Shown: in pieces, positions 1-9,323 of the stretch | How the letters are laid out: every line of letters begins with the position of its first letter | Position numbering within the stretch: position 1 is the first letter of the stretch | NCBI GenBank assembly: GCA_030833725.1 | Contig: JAURGP010000001.1 | Location: 44,080-108,079 of the forward strand | Length of the DNA: 64,000 bases | Source of the DNA: Candidatus Kapaibacterium sp. | Lineage (GTDB): Bacteria > Bacteroidota > Ignavibacteria > Kapaibacteriales > Kapaibacteriaceae | Direction of reading: 5' to 3' | Made by a program: the position numbers and the translations under genes | The notes under the pieces: generated by a model | Databases searched by the model: none | What the model was told of the DNA's origin: nothing | The model's input: the letters and a program-made list of their open reading frames with translations, nothing else

Positions 1-572
1 ACGAGTGGTACGCCCAGGTACAAGAGTACGCTCAACGCAATCTCCGCAACATCAACATTCAACCGAGCCCCCTGCAATCCGACCATAGGAGCCACCACCT
101 CCAGAAAGAACCAGGCATACGCCGAGTACATCACCACCTGGAACAAGCTGTTGAAGGCCACCAGACCTGCAGCATACTCGCGATCACCACAGGCCATGTC
201 GTTCCAGACAATCACCATGGCGATGCATCGTGCCAGGCCGATGAGGATGAGACCTTGGAGGTACTCTGGCTTGTCCGCTAGAAACACCGCAGCCAAGATG
301 AACATTAATGTGGGGCCGATGAACCAGTTCTGCAGCAGCGACAGACTCAGTACGCGAACATCACGGACAACGGGGCCCAGCTGATCGTAGCGAACCTTGG
401 CCAGCGGTGGAATCATCATGATGATCAGGCCAAGTGCAATTGGCCAGTTCGTAGCTCCCGTACTCATCGATGCAATGAAGGTTGCTACGTCTGGAATCAT
501 CCAGCCAACCAGGACTCCCACCACCATGGCCAGTCCAATCCACAACGTGAGGTAGCGGTCGATCAATCCCAT
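1..572 (-). CDS. acr3: Arsenite efflux transporter, ACR3 family (N-terminal part; the gene runs off the window start)
   Basis: My own minus-strand translation from the ATG (CAT at 570-572) gives [24 protein letters not shown]...[19 protein letters not shown]..., the characteristic ACR3 N-terminus (LDRYLTLWI motif). It is absent from the ORF track because it has no stop inside the window. It lies 6 bp downstream of arsC on the same strand. Confidence 0.8.
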   Translation of the reverse strand, partial: MGLIDRYLTLWIGLAMVVGVLVGWMIPDVATFIASMSTGATNWPIALGLIIMMIPPLAKVRYDQLGPVVRDVRVLSLSLLQNWFIGPTLMFILAAVFLADKPEYLQGLILIGLARCIAMVIVWNDMACGDREYAAGLVAFNSLFQVVMYSAYAWFFLEVVAPMVGLQGARLNVDVAEIALSVLLYLGVPL

Positions 573-577
573 GCTGG

Positions 578-1000
578 TTACTCCCGTTCAAGGGTTCCGG
601 GTAGTTGTTCTACCCACGTTTTAATCTCGTCGCGTACGGCGCGGTACACGTTGAGTACCGCGTCGTCGGTTGGATCCAACCCAGCAGCATAGGGATCCGG
701 GAAGCTGTGATGCACGGCAACGGGAACTCCGGGGATGTGCGGACACGCTTCGTAGGCGCTGTCGCACACGGTTGCAAGCACGTCCACGGTGGCCAGATCT
801 AGGTCGTCGACGGACTTCGACCAGTGCTCCGACAGATCGATCCCTACCTCTGCCATCACTGTGGCGGTCACAGGATTCATCCCCTGGGGATGGGTACCTG
901 CCGAGACTGCCTGGTAGGGGGCTGGCCAGAGGGTACGCGCCCACGCTTCAGCCATTTGGGACCGACACGAGTTGCCGGTACACAGAAACAGGATCGTCAT
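578..1000 (-). CDS. arsC: Arsenate reductase, LMW-PTP / thioredoxin-coupled ArsC type
   Basis: The track ORF 578..1066 contains [20 protein letters not shown], i.e. the CX5R P-loop (CTGNSCRS) of low-molecular-weight phosphatase-type ArsC. The start is placed at the internal ATG (CAT 998-1000) that begins MTILF. Acr3 follows immediately downstream. Confidence 0.85.
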   Translation of the reverse strand: MTILFLCTGNSCRSQMAEAWARTLWPAPYQAVSAGTHPQGMNPVTATVMAEVGIDLSEHWSKSVDDLDLATVDVLATVCDSAYEACPHIPGVPVAVHHSFPDPYAAGLDPTDDAVLNVYRAVRDEIKTWVEQLPGTLERE

Positions 1001-1032
1001 CGTGAGGTGCCTCTTTCCTACATTGCACTGGT

Positions 1033-2094
1033 ATGGACCGTCCAGCCATAAATATCGCCCTTCCACTGCTGATTCTGAGTGCCGTGGCTCTTGGTGCCGT
1101 GTTATATGTTCTTCACAGCATCCTGATTCCCCTCGTGCTGGCAGGATTCCTCGCCATCATCTTCAAGCCCTTAGTCGGAGTGGTTCGACGCCTGGGAGCG
1201 CCTACGTGGGTGGGGCTGTTGTTGGTGTTGCTGATGACCAGTGCTGCGATCTACTCCACCAGTGTCATCGTGTCGTGGGGGGTGCAGTCTGCGGTGGAGA
1301 AGGCCCCCGAGTACTCCAAGAGGGTTGTTCGGATGATCGGTCGTGCTGAGGACCTGGTTGCCCAGTACGGTGGCAGGATTGACGCGAATCTGTTAGATCG
1401 CCTCGAGCAGGTCATCAGTGCCGAGAGGGCCGTAGGCATTGCCGGCTCATGGGTGGGATCGGCTCTGACCGTGCTTTCCGACGGCACCTTGGTACTGCTC
1501 TTCTTGATCTTCATGGTGCTGGGCGGCGACCTGTTCGCTCGGAAGTTACAAGTGGCCTTTCACGACGTCACAGCCGTGAATGCCGTGCGGATCTACGATA
1601 CACTCAACATGAAGGTGCTACGCTACCTGCGGCTGAAGACGCTGATCAACCTGTTCACAGGCTTGGTGGTGTATGCCGTGTTAGAGGCGTTCGGTGTAGA
1701 CTTCGCCCCCGTCATGGGGCTGCTGGCCTTTCTGTTTAACTACATCCCCAACATGGGATCGTTCATCATGACGGTCCTCCCTGGTGCCATCGCTGCGGTG
1801 CAGTTTGAGAACGTGGGTTTTGCCTTGATCATTGTTGGTGTCCTGATTGTTGTTCAGAACCTGATCGGCAACATCATCGAACCGAAGATCATGGGTACCA
1901 GTCTGGATATCTCTCCGGTAGTTGTGCTCTTTTCACTGGTGTTCTGGGGCTGGATGTGGGGAATCGTCGGGATGATTCTCTCTGTTCCCATTATGGCCGT
2001 AGTGAAGACACTTATGGAACAGTTCCCCACCACAAAGCCCCTTGCCATTCTCATGGGGTCGACCGTCCCATCATCATCGGAAGAGTTCCGCTAA
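1033..2094 (+). CDS. AI-2E family transporter (PerM/YhhT/TqsA-like permease)
   Basis: 353-aa polytopic membrane protein; architecture and motifs (…FKPLVGVV…NYIPNMGS…) are typical of UPF0118/AI-2E family. Confidence 0.75.
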   Translation: MDRPAINIALPLLILSAVALGAVLYVLHSILIPLVLAGFLAIIFKPLVGVVRRLGAPTWVGLLLVLLMTSAAIYSTSVIVSWGVQSAVEKAPEYSKRVVRMIGRAEDLVAQYGGRIDANLLDRLEQVISAERAVGIAGSWVGSALTVLSDGTLVLLFLIFMVLGGDLFARKLQVAFHDVTAVNAVRIYDTLNMKVLRYLRLKTLINLFTGLVVYAVLEAFGVDFAPVMGLLAFLFNYIPNMGSFIMTVLPGAIAAVQFENVGFALIIVGVLIVVQNLIGNIIEPKIMGTSLDISPVVVLFSLVFWGWMWGIVGMILSVPIMAVVKTLMEQFPTTKPLAILMGSTVPSSSEEFR

Positions 2095-2113
2095 GCGGAC
2101 CGTATCTTCGCAC

Positions 2114-2767
2114 ATGAAGTTCCGTCTAGAGCGTGTGTCCGTAGAGTATGCTGGCATTCCAGCCGTGCGCAATCTGTCGATCGACTACGACGGTACGGAC
2201 GTCCTCATCCTGATGGGAGCAACCGGAGCAGGTAAAACAACCCTCCTGCGCCTGCTCTACGCCGACGTTCTGCCCAGTCAAGGCGACGTCATGATCAACG
2301 GCGTCTCTACGTCGACAATGTCGCTGAAGGTTCGGCAGCAGATGCGTCGCAAGATGGGTATTGTGCAGCAGGACGGGCGGCTGATGAGCGACTACACCGT
2401 GTTCGAAAACGTCCTAGCAACGTATGCACTGAGCGGCTACAGCCGTCGCCATGCCGAGGAGGCCTGTTTGTCGCTTCTCGCCGACCTCAATATCAGCTAT
2501 GTGCGACAGAAGTATCCGCGCGAGCTCTCCGGCGGTGAGCGGCACCTTGTGGCTCTTGCACGCGCTCTGGCCGTCAATCCGGAAGTGGTGATCGCCGACG
2601 AACCTACTGGCACGCTAGATCCTGCCACGACGCTCGAAGTGGCACGAATCTTCCAGCGTGTGGTAGATCAGGGAATAGGTGTGGTGGTGTCGACGCATAA
2701 CCCAGCGTTTGCGGCGGCCTTTCCAACGGCCCGCACCATCACGCTTGCCGAAGGAGCGTTACAGTGA
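2114..2767 (+). CDS. ABC transporter ATP-binding protein, FtsE-like
   Basis: Walker A GATGAGKTT, signature LSGGERHLVALARAL and Walker B VVIADEPTG; about 217 aa from the ATG at 2114 (MKFRLERV). No adjacent FtsX permease, so a true FtsE role is uncertain. Confidence 0.7.
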   Translation: MKFRLERVSVEYAGIPAVRNLSIDYDGTDVLILMGATGAGKTTLLRLLYADVLPSQGDVMINGVSTSTMSLKVRQQMRRKMGIVQQDGRLMSDYTVFENVLATYALSGYSRRHAEEACLSLLADLNISYVRQKYPRELSGGERHLVALARALAVNPEVVIADEPTGTLDPATTLEVARIFQRVVDQGIGVVVSTHNPAFAAAFPTARTITLAEGALQ

Positions 2768-3525
2768 GTGCCACAACACGGATCGTGGTGATCGGTACCG
2801 GCCAGATGGGGGCGGAGCTGGTACAGCTTGCACCCTTCAACCACTGCGAGGTAGTTGCCCAGTGCAACCGCACCACACTGTATGCCAACGTGGACCCGAG
2901 CACGTACGACGTCGCCATCGACTTCACCCAACCGTCGGCTGTGCTTCATCACGTTGCCGTAGCAGCGCACCACAGACGGAATCTGGTGATTGGCACCACA
3001 GGATGGAACAACGATGTTTCCGAGGTCCAGCGGGTGCAACAGATCCAGCAGGAATCGAACATCGGCATCGTCTACGCCAGCAACTTCAGCTTGGGGATGC
3101 AGATGTTCTTCCGGATTGTTGAAGCTGCAGCCAGGATGGTGAACACCCGCACCGAATATGACATTACACTCCACGAGTGGCATCACGCCTTGAAGCTCGA
3201 CAGCCCCAGTGGCACGGCCCTTTCGTTGGCCAACATCGTGCTGCAGCAGCTAGAGCGTAAGAAGCAGATCGCCACAGAAACACAGCATCAGCGCATCCAT
3301 CCAGCCGACCTCCACGTAACGTCGACGCGTGGTGGGCACGTAGTGGGCACTCACGTGGTGAGCCTTGGTGGCCCTACTGACACGCTCACGCTAACGCACA
3401 CGGCCCACAACCGATCGGGGTTTGCGCAGGGGGCTCTGGCAGCTGCCCATTGGCTGCACGGACGTACGGGCTTCTACGACGTATCGGATGTACTCGACCG
3501 TTTGCACGAGGGACCGGCACAGTGA
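2764..3525 (+). CDS. dapB: 4-hydroxy-tetrahydrodipicolinate reductase
   Basis: N-terminal Rossmann motif VVIGTGQMG and the DapB signature EWHHALKLDSPSGTAL (E-x-HH-x-K-x-D-x-PSGTA). Confidence 0.85.
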   Translation: MSATTRIVVIGTGQMGAELVQLAPFNHCEVVAQCNRTTLYANVDPSTYDVAIDFTQPSAVLHHVAVAAHHRRNLVIGTTGWNNDVSEVQRVQQIQQESNIGIVYASNFSLGMQMFFRIVEAAARMVNTRTEYDITLHEWHHALKLDSPSGTALSLANIVLQQLERKKQIATETQHQRIHPADLHVTSTRGGHVVGTHVVSLGGPTDTLTLTHTAHNRSGFAQGALAAAHWLHGRTGFYDVSDVLDRLHEGPAQ

Positions 3526-3884
3526 AGTGGATACTGTTCATGACCGCCACGGCGACTCTGCTTGCGGGTAGTGGTGAGTCCTCTCTGCGCTTCTGGCCTC
3601 CGGTGGTGGATGTCGTGCGCGACTCTACCGGTTACGTGCAAACCATGATCAGCCTGTACAGCGTTCGCGGCGACTCTATCCGCCTAACGAAGGTCGATGG
3701 CTCCTGCAAGTGCGCCAATGGCTCGGTGCAGAGGCCAGTTGCCTACGATTCCGTACCAGCCAAGATCTACCTAGCGATCAACGCCAAACACTTCGTGGAC
3801 TCCGTGAACTACGTTGATTACACCATCCACCACACGGGCAGTGATTCACCTGCGATGTACCGTGTGCTGGTGCGACTCAAGTGA
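3522..3884 (+). CDS. Small secreted DUF1573-like protein
   Basis: A GTG at 3522 overlaps the dapB stop (GTGA). Signal-like KWILFMTATATLLAGSG, then an SCKCANGS motif resembling the SCGCT core of DUF1573. Start is uncertain. Confidence 0.45.
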   Translation: MKWILFMTATATLLAGSGESSLRFWPPVVDVVRDSTGYVQTMISLYSVRGDSIRLTKVDGSCKCANGSVQRPVAYDSVPAKIYLAINAKHFVDSVNYVDYTIHHTGSDSPAMYRVLVRLK

Positions 3885-3891
3885 GATCATC

Positions 3892-4302
3892 ATGCAGCAC
3901 TGGTTAGTAAAAACCGAACCTGATGTGTATTCCTGGGAGCAGTTCGTATCGGATGGCTCCACCTTCTGGGACGGTGTGCGCAACTACGAAGCTCGCAACA
4001 ACATGCGCGCGATGAAGAAGGGCGACCTCGTGGTATTCTACCATACCGGCGATGAGCGCCAGGCCGTCGGTATCGCCAAGGTGGTCAAGGAAGCGTATCA
4101 GGATCCCACCACAGATGATGCTGCGTGGGTTGTGGTAGACCTAGCACCGGTAAAGCCCCTTGCCACCCCCTACACGTTAGCTCAGGCGAAGGCACATCCG
4201 ATTCTCTGCGAATCAGCCTTGGCGAAGAAAGGACGTATTAGCGTCATTTCCCTCACCAAGGCCGAGTACGAGGCAATGATCGAACGGAAATCTCGGGGCT
4301 AG
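3892..4302 (+). CDS. EVE (PUA-like) domain protein
   Basis: MQHWLVKTEPDVYSWEQ…WDGVRNYEARNNMRAMKKGDLVVFYHTG is the canonical EVE/ASCH-like PUA fold N-terminus. ATG at 3892. Confidence 0.75.
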   Translation: MQHWLVKTEPDVYSWEQFVSDGSTFWDGVRNYEARNNMRAMKKGDLVVFYHTGDERQAVGIAKVVKEAYQDPTTDDAAWVVVDLAPVKPLATPYTLAQAKAHPILCESALAKKGRISVISLTKAEYEAMIERKSRG

Positions 4303-5738
4303 CCCTTAAGCGTCTTCTTCAGGTGATCAACATCACCACGAATCTTTCGATCCGTGTCGATGTAATTCATGATCTGCTGACAAGAATGCAGAACCGTTGT
4401 GTGGTCCCGGCCACCAAAATGCAGACCGATGCTCTTCAGCGAGAGCTGCGTCATCTGCTTGGCAAGGTACATGCACATCTGACGAGCCAGCACCACTTCG
4501 TGCTTTCGTGTTTTTGCCGAAAGCAGATCTACGGACTGGTTGTAGTACAGAGCAACTTCCTTCTTGATCTCCTCGATCGTCAGCTGACGCGATGAACCGG
4601 TATTCGACACGGTGCGTACGACGTCCTTTGCAAGATCAAGCGTCAGCTCGCGGTTGTCCAGCGTGACCTTTGCCAAGAGGGAAATCAAACAGCCTTCGAT
4701 TTCACGCACACTGCTGGTGACGTGCCGAGCGATGTACTCAAGGATGTCACCAGGAATCTCGACACCCTCTTCCTGCGCCTTCTGCTGCAGGATGGCCATC
4801 CGTGTTTCGAAGTCTGGTGGTTGGATGTCGGCCGTCAACCCCCACTGGAATCGCGAGATGAGACGCTCGTCTACATCGGCCAGGTCCTTGGGCTGCTTGT
4901 CGCTCGTCAGGACAACTTGTTTTCCAGCCTGATGCAGAGCATTGAAGGTGTGGAAGAACATGTCCTGCGTGCGCTCCTTGCCGCCGAGGAACTGGATGTC
5001 GTCTACAACGAGCACATCCACGGTGCGGTAGAACTGCGTGAACTCCGGCAGACGGTTTGTCTGGATGGCGTTGATGTACTCCATCGTGAACTTCTCGGAG
5101 TTCGTGTAGAGTACACGCGCATTCCGGTTGTGCTGCAACACGCGATTGCCAATGGCTTGTACGAGGTGCGTCTTGCCCAAACCTGTCGGTCCGTAGATCA
5201 CCAAGGGATTGTAGCGCGTTTTTCCCGGGTTGTCCGCAACGGCCATGGCAGCTGACGTAGCCAGCTGATTGTTCTCGCCGCGGATGAAGTTCTCGAACGT
5301 GTAGCGCGGATTGAAGTACGTGGGATAGTGCGCCGTTGGAGATGGCTCAGGAGCAGTCACATCCAGTCGCGCAGACGACGGCTCAAATCGCAGAGGTTGC
5401 TGCGACTGTCGGCGAAAAGCCGGCAACTTGATCGTTCGCTGGTCACGATCGGTTTCGTGGTCGTCAACCACAACTTGGTACTGGAGCTTTGCCGATACTC
5501 CGAGAACCTTTTGGACGGTCTTCTTCAACAACGGCGTGTAGTGTTCCTCGATCCACTCATAGAAGAACTGACTTGGAAGATCAACCGTGAGTTGCGTGCC
5601 ATCCCAGCTCTGAGGACGTATCTGTTGAAACCAGGTCTTGAACACCTGTTCAGAGACATTGTCGCGAATGATATCCAAGCACCGAGCCCAAAGGGTCTCG
5701 GCATCTGAAGATCCGCCGCTGTTGTCAGTACGTCCCAT
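4299..5738 (-). CDS. dnaA: Chromosomal replication initiator DnaA
   Basis: N-terminal domain I (LWARCLDIIRDNVSEQVFKTWF), AAA+ Walker A (GPTGLGKTHL), sensor and box VII motifs, and a C-terminal DNA-binding domain. Start chosen at the ATG (CAT 5736-5738) beginning MGRTD; the track ORF extends to 5864. Confidence 0.9.
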   Translation of the reverse strand: MGRTDNSGGSSDAETLWARCLDIIRDNVSEQVFKTWFQQIRPQSWDGTQLTVDLPSQFFYEWIEEHYTPLLKKTVQKVLGVSAKLQYQVVVDDHETDRDQRTIKLPAFRRQSQQPLRFEPSSARLDVTAPEPSPTAHYPTYFNPRYTFENFIRGENNQLATSAAMAVADNPGKTRYNPLVIYGPTGLGKTHLVQAIGNRVLQHNRNARVLYTNSEKFTMEYINAIQTNRLPEFTQFYRTVDVLVVDDIQFLGGKERTQDMFFHTFNALHQAGKQVVLTSDKQPKDLADVDERLISRFQWGLTADIQPPDFETRMAILQQKAQEEGVEIPGDILEYIARHVTSSVREIEGCLISLLAKVTLDNRELTLDLAKDVVRTVSNTGSSRQLTIEEIKKEVALYYNQSVDLLSAKTRKHEVVLARQMCMYLAKQMTQLSLKSIGLHFGGRDHTTVLHSCQQIMNYIDTDRKIRGDVDHLKKTLKG

Positions 5739-6120
5739 GCTCTTGGCAGGTTCAACCTTATCGCCAGTCTGGCCACTAGTGTGTGCAGGGGAAGAGGGAA
5801 ATAGATTCAGTGTCTCAGTCTTTTTCACCCGGCGTGTGCTCCTGATTCCGCATGAGGTTAACAACTGTGAAGGTGGCTGCGGGCACAGCGCGCTTCATGA
5901 ACTGTAGGGGGTGCAAATTTGACCGCTGAGGGTAATGAATCACAAGGGAAAAAAGTGGTTCATGTGAAGATTTTTTGCTTGCATATCTCGGAAGGGTTCT
6001 AACCCACCGATAGCTCAACAACTTCACCCCTAACGCGGCTTGCGAGCTCCGTATCTTGCGCCTGTTATGACAGCAGAGTCGTCGCACCACACCTCACAAG
6101 CTACAACGGATCCGCCAACC

Positions 6121-6840
6121 ATGGGCAGATCCGACATGGGATTTCTTGAACATCTGCAGGAACTCCGCTCACGGGCCTTCAAGGCCATCATCTGGATTCT
6201 TGTTGGAGCAGGTGTTGCCGCCTACTTCCGCGACTGGATTATGAACGACGTTCTGCTGGGGCCAGCCGTACGTGCCAGCATTCAACTGCAGAATCTCGAG
6301 CCATTCGGACAGGCGTTTCTGCTCTTCAAGGTGATCTTCTTCGCCGGTATCGTGCTGGCTTCACCGCTCGTCATTTGGCAGATCTGGGCCTTCGTTGCTC
6401 CGGGACTTCACGAGCACGAGAAGCGGTGGGCGCGATGGGTAACCGTGCTGACCACGCTCTGTTTCCTGCTGGGCATCAGCTTTGCCTACTTCCTGCTCAT
6501 CCCGAGCATGATGGACTACATCAATGCCATCAAGAATCCGAACATCGCCGATAACATCTCTACGCAGGCCTACTTCTCGTTCTTTATCAATATGATGCTG
6601 GCCTCGGGGCTGATCTTTGAACTTCCCATGGTCACCTGGGTGTTAGCAAAGGTGGGCATCGTGTCGTCCGAATTGATGGTACGCTATCGCCGTCATTCCA
6701 TCGTTGCCATTCTCATCATCGCAGCCATCGTGACGCCTACGCCCGACCCGGTAACACAACTCATGGTTGCCATCCCCCTTTACATCCTCTTCGAAATCAG
6801 CGTACTCATCGCCCGCACCACGTACAAGAAGCGCCTCTAA
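6121..6840 (+). CDS. tatC: Sec-independent protein translocase TatC
   Basis: FLEHLQELRSRAF N-terminus and six-TM TatC topology. The track ORF begins at a TTG at 6040; the ATG at 6121 (MGRSDMGFLEHL) is preferred. Confidence 0.8.
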   Translation: MGRSDMGFLEHLQELRSRAFKAIIWILVGAGVAAYFRDWIMNDVLLGPAVRASIQLQNLEPFGQAFLLFKVIFFAGIVLASPLVIWQIWAFVAPGLHEHEKRWARWVTVLTTLCFLLGISFAYFLLIPSMMDYINAIKNPNIADNISTQAYFSFFINMMLASGLIFELPMVTWVLAKVGIVSSELMVRYRRHSIVAILIIAAIVTPTPDPVTQLMVAIPLYILFEISVLIARTTYKKRL

Positions 6841-6842
6841 TC

Positions 6843-7826
6843 ATGCCTGTCCAATCACTCTCTACCATAAGCGCACCGGTACTCGACGAGCTCGAGCAGC
6901 TGGATGGCTACATGCGATCTACGCTCACGTCGAAGACGGCTCTGCTCGACACCGTAGTCCGCTACATTCTGCGGCAGCGCGGTAAGAGAGTACGGCCTAC
7001 CCTAGTGTTTCTCAGTGCCGGCATGTGTGGCGGCATCAGCCAGAGAACCTACGTTGGAGCGGCGATGGTCGAACTTCTCCACACCGCAACGCTGGTCCAC
7101 GACGACATTGTCGACCAGTCCGAGGAGCGCCGCGGCATGGCCAGTATCAATGCCGTCTGGAAGAACAAGGTAGCCGTACTGGTGGGAGACTACCTTCTGT
7201 CGAAGGGACTACTGATCGCCGTGCAGCACGACGAATTCGACTACCTGCGCGTGACAGCTGAAGCTGTGCGCCGCATGAGTGAGGGCGAGTTGCTGCAGAT
7301 CCAGAAATCCCGACAGAAGACCATTGACGAGGAAACGTACTTCCGCATCATCTCGGACAAGACCGCCTCGCTCATCTCAACGTGCTGCGAGGTGGGTGCC
7401 ATCAGCGCGGGCGTCGACGCCCACGAGCGCGATGCTCTGCGTCAGTTTGGGGAGTTGGTGGGCCTGGCCTTCCAGATTCGAGACGACGTTCTGGACTACA
7501 CCAGTCGCAGTAGTATCCTCGGTAAACCGGTTGGAAACGATATCCGTCAGCAGAAGATTACGCTTCCGCTGATCTACGCCTGCCGGGAAGCCCCCTCCAG
7601 CGAAGCTCGACAGGCCATTCGCACCGTGAAGCGTGGCAAGGTGAAAGATGCGGACGTAGAGGGCGTCATTGCGTTTGTGGATCGCTACAACGGCATCTCC
7701 ATGGCCAATACCAAGGCCAATGAACTACGCGACCAGGCCGTTCGTCTACTACAGCCGTTTCCAGCTACGCCGTACCGGCAGTCGCTGATTGATTTTGCTA
7801 ATTTCGTCGTGTTACGCAACTCGTAG
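6843..7826 (+). CDS. ispB: Polyprenyl diphosphate synthase (octaprenyl/solanesyl-type, IspB-like)
   Basis: FARM LVHDDIVDQSEERRG and SARM FQIRDDVLDY motifs; 327 aa. Confidence 0.8.
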   Translation: MPVQSLSTISAPVLDELEQLDGYMRSTLTSKTALLDTVVRYILRQRGKRVRPTLVFLSAGMCGGISQRTYVGAAMVELLHTATLVHDDIVDQSEERRGMASINAVWKNKVAVLVGDYLLSKGLLIAVQHDEFDYLRVTAEAVRRMSEGELLQIQKSRQKTIDEETYFRIISDKTASLISTCCEVGAISAGVDAHERDALRQFGELVGLAFQIRDDVLDYTSRSSILGKPVGNDIRQQKITLPLIYACREAPSSEARQAIRTVKRGKVKDADVEGVIAFVDRYNGISMANTKANELRDQAVRLLQPFPATPYRQSLIDFANFVVLRNS

Positions 7827-7838
7827 GAGTACCCTCGT

Positions 7839-8549
7839 ATGCAATCGTACAACCCATACAACCCCAGCACCATAGCCTCGGCCGTCTCGGCCGATACTCT
7901 TCGGACCTACGTCCAGCGTGTGTATGCCTGGATGGTAGGGGGCTTGCTCATTACGGCTCTTACCGCTGCCGGTATCTCCAGCTCTCCAGCGCTGATCCAG
8001 GCCATCTTCGGCACACCACTGATGTGGGTGGTGATGCTGGCACCGATTGGCCTTGTCTTCTTCCTGGGAGCCAAGATCGAAACCATGCAGACGTCCACCG
8101 CTGCCAGCGTGTTCGTGGTGTTCTCTGTCTTGATGGGAATCTCGCTGTCGAGCATCTTCATGGTGTACGCACTGGGCAGCATTTTCCAGGTGTTTCTCAT
8201 TGCGGCCGGGATGTACGGCGCTGCTGCCGTGTACGGGTATACCACCAAACGCGATCTGACGGGCATGGGCTCGTTTCTCTTCATGGGTCTGATCGGCATT
8301 GTGCTGGCGTCGGTGGTGAACTGGTTCTTGCAGTCGGATGCCCTGTCGTTTGCCGTATCGGTGATTGGCGTGCTGGTGTTTACCGGGATGACGGCGTGGG
8401 AGATGCAGAAGATCAAGTCGCAAGCTGTGGTGATGTATGCTGGTGAAGCACTTGCCACCAAGCGGGCCATCCTCGGTGCGCTGTCGCTGTACCTCAACTT
8501 CGTGAACCTGTTTCTCTTCCTGTTACGCCTGCTCGGCGATCGCCGGTAG
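7839..8549 (+). CDS. Bax inhibitor-1/YccA family membrane protein
   Basis: Seven-TM 236-aa protein with the N-terminal pattern typical of the BI-1/YccA family. Confidence 0.7.
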   Translation: MQSYNPYNPSTIASAVSADTLRTYVQRVYAWMVGGLLITALTAAGISSSPALIQAIFGTPLMWVVMLAPIGLVFFLGAKIETMQTSTAASVFVVFSVLMGISLSSIFMVYALGSIFQVFLIAAGMYGAAAVYGYTTKRDLTGMGSFLFMGLIGIVLASVVNWFLQSDALSFAVSVIGVLVFTGMTAWEMQKIKSQAVVMYAGEALATKRAILGALSLYLNFVNLFLFLLRLLGDRR

Positions 8550-9305
8550 ATGAAGTCCGCAGCTGTTGTTCCACCGACGTTCGCCCTGGACGCCCTGCGA
8601 CTGCTGCAGGAGGGTGACGTGCACGCCGCCCTGACGCTGGCGGCCGACGGTGTACGCAGCTATCCGACCTATGTAGGGGGCTATGTTGTCCTGGCTGATT
8701 GTTACTCTCGGCTGGGCGCCCACGACGATGCAACGGTGATCCTGCGCGAGGCCGAGAGGCGTTTTCCTTCTAGAGCCATTCTGCGGAAGAAGCGGGTAGA
8801 AGTTCCAACACCCGTGCAACCTCTGCGCATCATCTCGCTGTCGCATCCGGCTTCGGATCAGCGCACGATTCGTAGCACCACCATGCGCCTGATTCCAGGG
8901 TTGGAGTACACGTCCCTGCGATTCGAGGGTATTCGGCGCTCCGGACGCTCCGTGAGTGCACTCCCCGAGCCTCCAGCCTTTCGAAGCTTCCACCCTGCCT
9001 CGGCGCCCTCGGCACTGCGGACGCCGCGGAAGGTGTCGCTGGAAGAGCTCGCCTCACGCATTGGCAAGGTGCGGATCACGGCCGAAGAACTCGAGAAGCG
9101 ACCACCCGCCCCTGATCCGTTGGCAAACAATCCGCGGCAGGCCTTCGTGACGGAAACACTAGCTACGATCTACCTGAATCAAAAGAGCTATGCCCAAGCC
9201 ATCGAGGCCTTCACGCAGCTGATGGAGCGGCACCCGGATCGGGCTGCTTTTTTTGAAGAACAGCGAGCCAAGGCCCAGGCCCTGCTTGCTTCCAGTACCT
9301 CCTAA
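8550..9305 (+). CDS. TPR-repeat protein
   Basis: TPR-like helical repeats at both ends (…GDVHAALTLAADGVRSYPTYVGGYVVLADCYSRLGAHDDA… and …SYAQAIEAFTQLMERHPDRAAFFEEQ…) around a Pro/Ser-rich linker. Confidence 0.5.
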   Translation: MKSAAVVPPTFALDALRLLQEGDVHAALTLAADGVRSYPTYVGGYVVLADCYSRLGAHDDATVILREAERRFPSRAILRKKRVEVPTPVQPLRIISLSHPASDQRTIRSTTMRLIPGLEYTSLRFEGIRRSGRSVSALPEPPAFRSFHPASAPSALRTPRKVSLEELASRIGKVRITAEELEKRPPAPDPLANNPRQAFVTETLATIYLNQKSYAQAIEAFTQLMERHPDRAAFFEEQRAKAQALLASSTS

Positions 9306-9323
9306 ACCCACCCTGGAGTACCG

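Noticed and set aside
5739-6120. oriC call upstream of dnaA
   Set aside because: I could not find convincing DnaA boxes (best matches are 5/9 to TTATCCACA) and dnaN is absent. This is reported only as an open question, not as a feature.
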